A DNA stretch of 64,000 nt. Source: Bilabrum cf. latius (taxonomy: Eukaryota). The position numbers and the translations under genes were made by a program. Shown here piece after piece: positions 50,721 to 61,377 of this stretch (its first letter is position 1; each line of letters opens with the position of its first letter). The notes under the pieces are model-generated. The model made no database searches and was not told the origin of the DNA. It saw nothing but the letters and a program-made list of their open reading frames with translations. The DNA is taken from assembly GCA_965178125.1 (NCBI GenBank), contig OZ237750.1:744001-808000 (forward strand), read 5' to 3'.

Positions 50721-53700
50721 ATGTTCTTCAAGTACAAGTGTGCCGCTTCCGCGGCCCATTCTGGAAAGGAGGTGATTGCAACAGCTGTTTCGAACACAAA
50801 CGCGATCGTGGCCGTTGCAAAAGCAAGTGGCGTGGCATTCTACAACGATGAAGGGGTGGAGTTGACATTTTCGGTGCGAAGACACGACGCAAAACCCACC
50901 TCACTGCGATGGCATCCGCTGCTGAATGAGTGCGCTGTCGGGTGGTCGGATGGTGAGGCGAAAGGTCACTGTCTCCAGATCGATATGATTGCATGGCATA
51001 CGGATGATGATGAGATGGGTTCCGCGTCCACTCCCGCGCAGGTGTCGTGAACGTTGTCAATGGCGAGACTGGCGAGCCGCAGGTCGGAAACAAGTCCCAC
51101 AGAGACAGAATATCTATCTTTGAATGGAGTCCCGATGGTGTAGCTCTTGTATCGGGTGATACGGTAAGAAACGCCCACAGTTGTTGGGGGCCATTGAAGC
51201 ATGGGCGTGGCTGGCAACGATACAAGATACACAAACCACGCAGCCTTCGCTTTTCCGCCCTGTTGCGCTTCATTGGGCCCCAATTCAAATTATAAATAGC
51301 GTTTTACCAGTAACCTATGCTGCAGGGGGGAAAGATAGGGGTTTGGCACCGTCTAGACGACGGCAAGCTGCTGCACCGCGATTTCCACTCCAAGGATGGA
51401 TCGGTGAGCAAGATCAGCTTCATGCCTGTCCAGGTTGTCGCTGCCACGGAGGAAGACGCGGCAGCAGGGGCAGAAATGACCACGGTTGGAGATGGAGTGG
51501 CGCAGGGAGCCGTCATTCGCAGCTTCTTCGTAGGCACTGACGCTGGCGTGATCTGCTATGGAGACGACACGGGCAACTGCTCCCAGATGCTTGACCCGGC
51601 CGGCTCGCCCATCGACGTGCTACAGTACCTGCCCGGCCCCAGAAGACTCGTGGTAATCACCCGCTCGCTGGTGATGCTGCAGCTTGCCATCGCCCCGGAC
51701 TGCTCCCACACAATCGCGATGAAGGCCAAGGTCAGCTTCCGTGGCAACGGCACCGTCAACGGAACCTGCCAGCTAAGCAAAGACGCTCTGGCAACGGTGT
51801 CCGTGGAGGAGTCTTCGGTCAGGGTGTGGGATGCGGCGACAGAGGACAACTATTCCGTGCCCGTGTCAACCGCTGCCACCGGGGTCACGCGAACCGACAG
51901 GGTCACGGCGGTGGCGCTGCACCCGCTCAAGCGGCTGCTGGCGGTTGGCACGACAGAGGGCAAGGTGGTGTTTCTGAGGCACACGGGAGCCACGGTCAAG
52001 AGGGAATCCAGCCGGCCCGGCGCCGGCGGGGTCCGTGCTCGCAGACGCGCCCACCCCGCCGACGCCTGGTCTCCCCTGCGCACCATGCAGGTGGACGGCT
52101 CCGTGCAGAAACTGGAGTGGTCCCCTGCAACGTCCATTCTGTCGGTGCAGATGGAACGAGACGTGGAGGTGCTCGCTGAGACAGAGCTGCAGCGGCACTT
52201 GGAAAACCAGTCGGCGGCTCTGCAGGTGTCAACGAACGAGGTGGTGCTGCAGCAGAGGGCCGGAGGGAGGGTCCGGGTGACCACTGGTGTCAACATCAAG
52301 CAGATGCACGCCACGGAGGACCTGCTGGTAGTGGCATCTGCCCAGTCGCTCGAGACTTGGCGCCTGTCGGGGGCCGCGAGCAGGGCAGGCAGCAGCGCTG
52401 CGGCGCCTGCCGAAGAGGTCACCGTATCGCCCATCGCCGACTTCCCGCTCGCCAGCACTGGCCCCGTGGCCGCCTACCGTGACTCCGTCTTCGCGTGCGT
52501 CGGGGAGGCTCTGCTGTGCCTGTCGCTGCGAGGGACTGTCAAGCAGTCTATCTCGTTCGGTGACTCGGATGGGCAGCCCAGGCTGCTGGCCCGCAAGGGC
52601 AGCCACCTGGCCGTGATGACGACCGAGGGAAAGCTATTCATGTATGACGTGGGCCGGCTGGAGCCGAAGCAGACAGCGAAAGGTGCCTTTGAGCACGCCG
52701 AGTCGGGTCAAGTGCTGGGTCACCCCAGCTCGATGGCCGTGAGCTGCGATGGGCAGCACGTGGCCATATTGGCTTCTGAACAGGGTGCAGACGGCGGCAT
52801 CGCATCGCCTGCCGCGCTTGGTGCGGATCACAAGCTGTTTGTGTACAGCGTGCACTCGGGCGACATCGTGTCGTTCCAATTGGGAAGTAATCGACTGCCG
52901 GCTTACGCCGTGTGGGACGATAGGGACTCGCGTCTGCTCGCCGTGCAAGCCCAGCGGTTGCTCGGTGCGAGTGGAGGCGGCAGTGGTGGGGGCTCCGGGC
53001 CCTCATCGGGGGCAGGGGCTGACGGCGCAGGAGCAGGCGGCGAGACTCCCGGAGCAGCCGCTCTGCAGGTGCAGGGCAAGGATTCCCTGGAGCCTCCGGT
53101 GGAGGTGCTCACCATATTCGTGCAGAAAGGGGGCAAGTGCATGATGCAGGACGCGCAGCCGCTCGTTCCGCCAGTGTCTGCGCTGCTGGGCTGCAGCGCG
53201 CCGTTCCTCTACCTTGTGTCGGATGGTGCGGACAGCAGAGGCCGTGATTCCGGGGGAGCCGCGGAGGGCAAGTCTTCGGATGACGGCACGGGGGGGACGG
53301 AGGTGCACGCCATCTCGAGACCGCTGCGCGATTTCGACGGGATGGAAGACGTAGATTCCGATACCAGGAAGGCTTTGCTTGATTTCAGCTACCACCTCGC
53401 GGCTGGCAGTCTGGACACAGCCTACCGCGCTGTGCAGAGCGTCAAGAACCCGGCGGTCTGGCGGAACATGGCCCTCACCTGCGTGCGATCCATGCGGCTG
53501 GATGTCGCCGAGCTGTGCCTCGCGAACATGGGTCACGTGAGAGGCCTTCGCGCTCTCTAGAAAGCGCGAAGCGAGCCGCAAGACCAGGCGCAGGCCGCCA
53601 TGCTGGCGATCCAACTGGGCCTGCTGCCAGAGGCCGCGCAGCTGTACCAGAAAGCAGGGCGCTACGACTTGCTGCGTTCGCTCTTTGAATCCTGTGGCGA

Positions 53701-55432
53701 ATGGAAGAGGGCACTTGCCGTTGCGGATGAATTCGATCAGATCCATCGACGGCTAGCCTTCCACAAGTACGGACACCACCTGGCGGAGGCTGGTGAGATG
53801 CTGGATGCATGCCGTGCTTTTGAAGAGGCGGGCACGGCGCTGCAGGAGGTGCCGCGCGTGCTCTCCGCCAAGTCCATGTTCCCTCAGCTGAAGGAGTACG
53901 TGGACGGCCGGAGGGAAGAGGCACCCGAGCTATCCAAGTGGATGGGTCAGTACGCCGAGCATTCCGGCGATCCTGGTGCTGCCCTGGAGTACTATCGAGC
54001 TGCGAACGACGTCGCCTCGGCGGTCCGAGTGATGTGCGGGCAGGGCGAAGAGAGGATGGCCGTGGATGCGGTCATGTCATCTGGGGACAAGGGCGCGGCC
54101 ATGATCTTAGCGCAGCAGTATGAGTCGCACGGCGACACTGCCAACGCCATCAAGTTCTTCGAGCTGTCCGGCAGGTACGGGCAAGCGGTTCGGCTGGCAG
54201 TGCAGTCTGGCATGGACAGAGAGGTGCTCACGCTTGCGCTCAAAGCAGACAAGGCCGCGATGATCGAGGCGGCTGGGTACTTCGAGAGGAAGGGGGAGCT
54301 TGGCAAGGCCGTACAGCTGCTGCACAGAGGGGGCGAGCTGCCCCGCGCCCTCGACCTCTGCTTCTCCGCGAGGCTGTTCGATGAGCTGAGGAGCATCGCA
54401 GACGACCTCGGGCGGGGGGCCCCCAAGGACACGCTTCGAAAGGCGGCCGATTTCTTCATGTCGAACAACCAGTACGATAAGGCCGTTGGCATGCTGGTCA
54501 ACTCGGGCCAGGTGGACGAGGCCATCGATCTCTGCATGCAGCACCGCGTGGAGATTTCGGACGAGCAGGCCGACGAGATGACGCTGTCGCCGGACGCCCC
54601 CGAGGGCGAGGACCCAGAGGCGTACACCGCCCGCCGCAAGGAGCTCCTCCTCAAGCTCGCGAGGGCGCTCAGGAAGCAGGGCTCCCTGAAGCTGGCCACC
54701 AAGAAGTACGCGCAGGCAGGCGACCGCATCAAGGCCATGAAGTGCCTGCTCAAGAGCGGAGAGACGGAGAGGATCGTGTTCTTCGCCAACGTGAGCCGCT
54801 CGCCTGAGATCTACGTGCTGGCCGCCAACTACCTGCAGAGCCTCGACTGGAAGAACACTCCCGACCTGATGAAGCAGATCATCACGTTCTACCGCAAGGC
54901 CAGGGCCAACGAACAGCTGAGCAGTTTCTTTGAGGCATGCGCGGATGTGGAGATCGACGACTACCGCAACTACGAGAAGGCAAACAAGGCCATGGGGGAA
55001 GCTGTCAAGTACGCCAAAAAGATCAAGACGGCCGAGAAAGAGGTGCGGATGCAGCAGCTGGAAGGGAGGCAGTCCACCATATCGCGTTTTGTGCAGGCCA
55101 GGGCACTCAAGGACACCGATCCGAAGCAGATGGAGCAGATGTGCCTGCAGCTCACGCAGCAGAGGGACGCAGAGAGCGCCATCCGACTGGGAGACGTCTT
55201 CTCCTTGCTCATCGAGTACTATTTCCGGTCCCAGCAGCCCCAGGAGTGCCTCAGGATGGTGGAAAACATGAAGAAGAGGGGCATCAACGTGCGGATGTAC
55301 CTCGAGCAGAGCGACATCGATGCAATCCACCAAGCAGCTGGGATTCCTGTGGGGTCTGCCAGTGGCGGTGGGGTGGACGACGAGGAGGAGGAAGTCGTGG
55401 ATGATGAGGACGACATCCCAGACGAAGACTGA
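50721..55432 (+). CDS. IFT140: Intraflagellar transport protein 140 (WD40 + TPR); introns 50953-51041 and 51164-51325; single in-frame TAG at 53558
   Basis: WD40 N-terminus (WHP..AVGWSDG, WSPDG); LRDFDGME..TRKALLDFSYHL..G.LD.AYRAV..VWRNMA..CV..RLDVA.LCLANMGHVRGLRAL*KAR..AMLAIQLG; ATKKYAQAGD..KAMKCLLKSG, YVLAANYLQSLDW, EIDDYRNYEKA; TGA stop. Confidence 0.97.
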
Positions 55433-55729
55433 TGCCCACGCATGAATTTATCCGCATAATCATGCGTCTGACAGCTGCATTCAAAATTTGTCAATTCCAG
55501 ACTACGGAACTCGGACCCGTGCGCACGACAACCAGCCCGATCCTGACAGCCAGCCCGATCCGGGCCATGCCTGTGGCTTTTGGCTTGATGCCAACCGCCC
55601 GACTAAGATAATAAACGATAATCGACGTCTTCCATGCGGTTCTCTCCCTGTACCTGCAGGATCGCCCTTCACGAAAACAAGCAGATTCACAACCTAGCTA
55701 CACGAGGCACAAGCTCTACAGCGGCAGGC

Positions 55730-58021
55730 TCAATTTGGAGTTATTTTAATGCCTTTGCTCATGGACAGAGTCCTGCTGCGCCTGCGCATCGCTCGCTCAG
55801 ACGCGATGCGTTGCAACGGGGGAGGCCTGGCGCGGTTGGTCCGCGCCGCCCGTGGCGCATTCGAGCCCATACTGCTCTCTGACTCCAGCCTCTGCCGGTT
55901 CTGACGCAATGGGCTCGCGCGCATGCCGTCTGTCAGGTTCAGGTCCATCATGCCGCCGGTGGCCCCTCTAGCGGACCGGGGAGAGGGCGTCACATTGGGC
56001 CCCTGCGACCCCAAGCTCGAGTCGGAGAGGATGCGCTGCCGCTGGCCCCTTTGGGCTCCCCCAATGGCGTTGGATCCATACCCTACCTCAGGTTCACCAG
56101 CTACAACACCGTTTCGGACCGTTGTGCGCCCCGAGCCGCCCGTTCGAATCGACCGAGTGGCAGACCGCGGGCTGCTCCCAGACCTGTCTTGGTCGTTCCC
56201 CGAGTAGGACATGTCGCGCTCCTCGTCTGGCTGATCCTCCTCGCCCTAGTCACCGCCTGTCATCCCGCTGCCTTCGTACTCTTCCTCTATGTGAGGAATG
56301 GCGGGACCAGCCTGGGCCTAGTACAGCGGCGACAGGATGCGCTTCGCCTGCGGCTTGTGGGCTCGCATGGTCGTCGGCAGGTGACCCTTCTCGTCCCGCT
56401 GGCGCACCGCCTCCGGGTCTCCGTAGTGCAGTCCCATGTCCAAGTCGCCTTCTCTGCACCGCGCCTCCTCGTCGCCAATTCGCTCCAGTTCCTCCACGAG
56501 CGCAGGGCTGGCGGGCGTGGTCGTAGTATCGTCCTCTTCGTCAAGACTAGTACCCTGCCTGCCTCCTGGCTCCATCGACTCGTCATCAGAGGGCAGGCAG
56601 CAGGGGCACAGCACGATCTCATTGGTCGCGGATAGCACCATGAGCCTGTACACTACATACACAATCAAAGCAAAGCACAGTCCGCACACTGCTGCGATCA
56701 GGATACCGCCAGAGCTGGAAGTATCCAGCCCTGCCCCGTCCAGAGCCAAGATCGCGATGAGTGCCATGGGCGCCCACACCAAGAGCACCCAGCCCATTAG
56801 CGAGCAGCACAACTGCCCACACGAACTGATACCGGTCCACCTGCTGACTATGTCCGAGCATGCGTTGTCCAGTCTCTCGCCCTCGACGTACGACCTCTGC
56901 GCATCCACGTCTCGTTCGTCTTGCATCAGAGCGATCTCGCTGGGCAGAAGTGGCCTGAAATCCCCTCGGGCAGGCACCACGAGCCACGGCTCCTTGCACA
57001 GGGAACAAGGGAGCACCTGGAACAAAGTGACACCCTCTTTGTGCAGGCGCCGAAGCATGCCAACGTACGCACTGTCAGAGTCCAGTAGAGGCAGCTTCTT
57101 GTACTGCCATCCCCTGAGGGCAACGTCAGTGGGGCCCTCGCCTCCACGAAGGGCAGCACGGGCAGCGATAACCTCGGCGATGGAGCCCGCGCGCTGCCTC
57201 GTCTCTTGGGGCAGGTGCCCCGTGCTGCTGGAACGCTGCGCGTCGGCATCGGTCGGGTCTCGCGGCGGCAATCGGGGCGCAGACGCCGAGGCGCTCATCC
57301 CATTGCGTTTTGCAGCAAGCCGTTCCTGTATCTATAGCACTCGGAGGGAAGGTGCTGGAAACCTCGCGACCAGCGTCCATTTATCCCTGTTCTGTCTTTG
57401 CCACTCTGATTCGCACTCATGGTGCCTCGTCGCTGCGCAGCAGGTGCGGCGCGCGACTCGGCCCCATTCTGAGCAGATGTAGCACTTTCCCAAGTGAATT
57501 TGACTCACTTCGCCCCCAAGCCTGTCCAAATGCTTTCGGAGTGCCCTCAGGGTGAGGCCAGACGACGACTAGGAGTGCCGGACATCGGATGGGTCTGTCA
57601 AAGTACCATGAGGGGCTTCTCCGCTGCCAGAAGCACCCCTGGACGATTCAAAAAAGGACTGTCTCTTTGCGAGTCGCTCCCACACGACAGGAACAGACTG
57701 AAGCCCGAGCATAGGGGCCAGACTCTATGTCATCTCTTCATGTCCAGCAGCTGTGAACGTCAAGGAGCGGCGAGAATGCCTTTCCTACTGCAGCTACTGA
57801 CGGCTGGACGCGGATGCATTGTGTTCACCACCATGGCTGGCCTGCGGCTTGCTCCTTCCAGCTTTGAAGGTTGATGCCAGCGGATTCGAGGTACTCGGTA
57901 CGACTGGCGCGCCTCCGAATGCGTGACCTACGCCTCCAGATCGAGCCGCTGCCAGGCGAGCAAGCTCCTTGGCTCGTTCTGTAGAAATACGCTGCTGAAT
58001 TGGAACGCCATTGCCACTCAT
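55730..58021 (-). CDS. MARCH-like membrane protein with split RING-CH-like zinc finger and two TM helices, paralog A (~763 aa)
   Basis: ORFs 57794, 57332, 56318 and 55730 are in one frame, joined via TAG; CYIC..TCCAATRHHECESEW ... PCSLCKEPW, then two hydrophobic helices; TGA 55730-55732. Confidence 0.7.
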
Positions 58022-58253
58022 AGTATGCTGCGTACGAAGAGCTCGGGCAACAGAAACACAGACAAGTACACTGTGTGGTGGCGATGCTTGCCAGGCACAG
58101 GTCGCTCTTGAGCACAGTTACTCGCACAACTTTAGTCTGTTCCACTCTCCGTCTTCATCGTACTCCAATAACCGATATAAATAGTCCAGCGGACCAAAAT
58201 CACTGTGCCGCCGACATGTCTCGGGTCGCAATGGCTGGTCGCAACTTCTGGAT

Positions 58254-60167
58254 TCAAGACTCTGTGGCATCGCCGGCCGATCGAATGCGAGCTCTTCCAG
58301 CGCGCTACACCCGAAGCACAGCTGGTGGAGGCATAGGATCTCTATCTAGTGCCCCAGGCCTATGCACAGGCCGAGGGGGGCGCAACTATCGCGCTGCCTC
58401 CGTGGCTTCAGCTGTCCGCCCTGCAGGCTCACCGCGGACAGAACCCATCGCCACGGTATTACGCAATGGCGAGCCGGCGGCAACTACCGCTGCGCCCAGG
58501 GACGATCCCGCCGTAGCACGTGGTCCAGGTGTCAAGCTTGACGATGGCGGGAGCTGCAGCGCCGAGCCACATTCGTGCCCCCCCTGGGGAGCCCCCGCCG
58601 CCGCAGACGGCGGGAGCTGGGAGGCAGCGAGCGCAGCTCGCGTGCCGGGACTCATCGAGCCGCTGGCTAGAGCTTGCTTGATACCGGCCGCTCCAAGTTG
58701 AGGGGTCGAGAACTGGTGGAGATGCTCCTTGCCTGCTCCTCCTCGGCCCCCAGTGCCTCCAGCCCCCATGCCCCCGCCTCTGCCCTTGGCCGGCTTCAGC
58801 TCAGTCGCATGGGCCACCTCCCTGGCTTCGTCTAGGGGGTCCTTGGCTGCGTCTGGAGCTCGGATGCGCAGGCCCTCCGCCTCGGTATCTGTCGTGTCCT
58901 CCCACTCACTGGTGACGGGGGCATCACCGCCCTATCCAGAGCCGCCCTCGTGGGCTCGCTCTGCACCACCGCGCGCCTGGCCTGAGCTTGCATCCCGCGT
59001 GGGTAACCCGGCCGCCATTTCTCCGGCGGGTGCCCCGCTTGCACCGGCGTGTGCACTGCCTTGCCGCTCGTGCGCGTAGTTGTCCAGCCCCCGCCCCCCC
59101 CTCACCCGTCCACCTGCCATCCTCTCCAGCTCTGCAACGTACCTGGCACGTCTCCTCGAAGACTCGCCCCTCTCGATCGAGGCGGCGTCGTCTTCCCCTT
59201 GGGCCATGCTGGAGGTACTGCCACAACAGCTGCTGCAACGGCAGCACTTGCACCGAACCTCGCCGCAGTAGACCACATTCACCCGATATGCGGCAAACAG
59301 CAGCACCCCGCCCGCAGCGCCCACACCACCAGCGATCCCGAACAACTCGGCACTTCCCATTGTGTCAGACGCGCTAGAGGCCAGTATGGCCAGTGAAAGG
59401 AGGCCTACTGGAAGGCACAGAAATAGGACCACGGCCAGCAGTGTTCCACACACCCCAGCAGTCCCCTGCGTACCGAGACACGCCTCCATCGCTTTGCAAC
59501 AACAAGGTAACTGATCCGTATCACCGCCATCCGCTCCTCCATCTTGCTCCTCCCCATGCACGCTGTCATTGGGTCTCACGTCCGTGATCGGCACGTACGT
59601 CTCAAGAGCTTCGTCTTCTCTCTAGTCCTCCAAAGCCTCCAGCTCGCTGGGCAGGAGCGGCCTGAAGTCCCCTCGGGCAGGCACCACGAGCCACGGCTCC
59701 TTGCACAGGGAACAAGGGAGCACCTGGAAGAGCGCTACTTGTTTCTCGTAGAGCGCGCGCACCATGCGCACGAAGCTCGCGTCTGTGCGGGATGCAGGCA
59801 CCTTCATGTACTCCCAGCCGCGAGCGGCAGCGAGAAACTCCTCGTCCTCCGCCTCGTCTAGTTCCACTTCCGATTTGCGGCGCTTCCTGGTCGAATCATA
59901 GCTGCTGTGCTCTTCGGCTGGATGGTTCACGTCCTTGGTTTTTCTTGCAATTGCACGAGCAGCCAGCACCACGTCAAGCGACTCGCTTCTCTGCCTCGTG
60001 CATGCTAGTGGCGGAGAGCTGCCAGCTGCCGCGCCATTGGCACTTGAATCCCCGCTACCTCTGCTTCGACCCGTTCTGTCCCGCGCACTGGAGTGCTGCT
60101 CCATGGAGATTGTCGAGCCCATGTCCATGCCACTGGCAGCCGGCCCTGCTCCTGCTGTTGCTGTTGT

Positions 60168-60198
<31 letters not shown>

Positions 60199-60896
60199 CT
60201 ATTGCGGTACTCTTGCAGACGCTTCTATGCCTCGGCTGCCGCGTGAACCCTTGCGACCAGGTTCCACTTGTCGGGGTTCTGTCTTTGCCACTCGCACTCG
60301 CACTCGAAGTGCCGAGTGGCGGAGCAGCACGTGCGGCGAGCGACGCGTCCCCACTCCCCGCACACGTAGCACTTGCCGGTGTGCAGCCTCTTCACTTCTG
60401 ACCCAAGCCGATCGAGGTGCCTACGCAGCGCAGCAATCGTGAGAAGGTTGGTCTGTGGCGGTAAGCCGACCGCCGTGGGGTTGCCAGCCGCCTGCACTGA
60501 CTCTGGAGCGTCGGCTGGGTTGGGCTCCTCCAGTGGATCTTCTTGCTCGTTTCCAAGGGAAACACTAGCAACCTAGGATGCACCCTATGCTGCATTTAAA
60601 AAACCAGACGATGGCGAGCGGGCAAACCGCTCCCACAGAACCGGAGTGTTGGCAAGGCCTTCGAATCGCTATCTAGGCACTTCGTGCTCGGCAAGGCCCG
60701 CAGACCGCATCTTGCTGCCAATATCAGCCGAATCTACATTAAGTTTGCTTCCGCGTGCGACATATTCTCTTGATTCCGCTACGCTTTGTTCATCTTTGCC
60801 AGAGTGCATTGGATTGTTTGTGTAGGGCAACGACGTAGCAGCGGCGGCGCCGTCCCCGCTGGCAGGGCCACTGGGAGCGGGGATTTTCCTCTGCAT
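58254..60896 (-). CDS. MARCH-like membrane protein with split RING-CH-like zinc finger and two TM helices, paralog B (~880 aa)
   Basis: ORFs 60669, 60225, 59622, 58932 and 58386 are in one frame, joined via TAG; CYVC..TCCSATRHFECECEW ... PCSLCKEPW; two TM helices; TGA 58254-58256. Confidence 0.7.
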
Positions 60897-61377
60897 CCAA
60901 TACCTCAATGCACAAGACTGCCGTGGAGGGCAGGCAAAGGGCCAGTTTCAGGCTGCCAATAGTGCGGTACGTGAAATCCTGTAGTTGCAGTTGTCGACAC
61001 CACTGGCAGCAGGCGGTCGTCAAATCAATATACCTTGTAAATCCCCCGTCGTACTTTGCAAAAGTGCTCAAACCCCGTGTCACTGTTTCGGCCGGGAACT
61101 GGAGTTGGGTAGGGAATGCCACGCACGCCAAAGCAAGTTGAAAGCTGGTCGCAACCGCTGACCGGCGTGGGCCCCGGGGCTTGCGTATCTCTGGTCGCAT
61201 GTTCGCCCTTAGTGCTACGTAGGCAATCAGTCTGTGGCGCAGCGCAGCAAAATATCAATTGCCTAGGTTGTGAGCAGCATGGACCGGTGTCTTTGGTGAG
61301 ATGGTGCGAGTAATGACCGTTCTTTGGCCATTGAGCAGTTGAGCACAGCTGTAGTATAATGATACATGTTGACCGAT

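Noticed and set aside
60148-60198. GCT/GTT triplet run read as poly-Cys, poly-Leu or poly-Gln
   Set aside because: In the gene's frame (minus strand) it encodes an Ala/Thr linker in paralog B.
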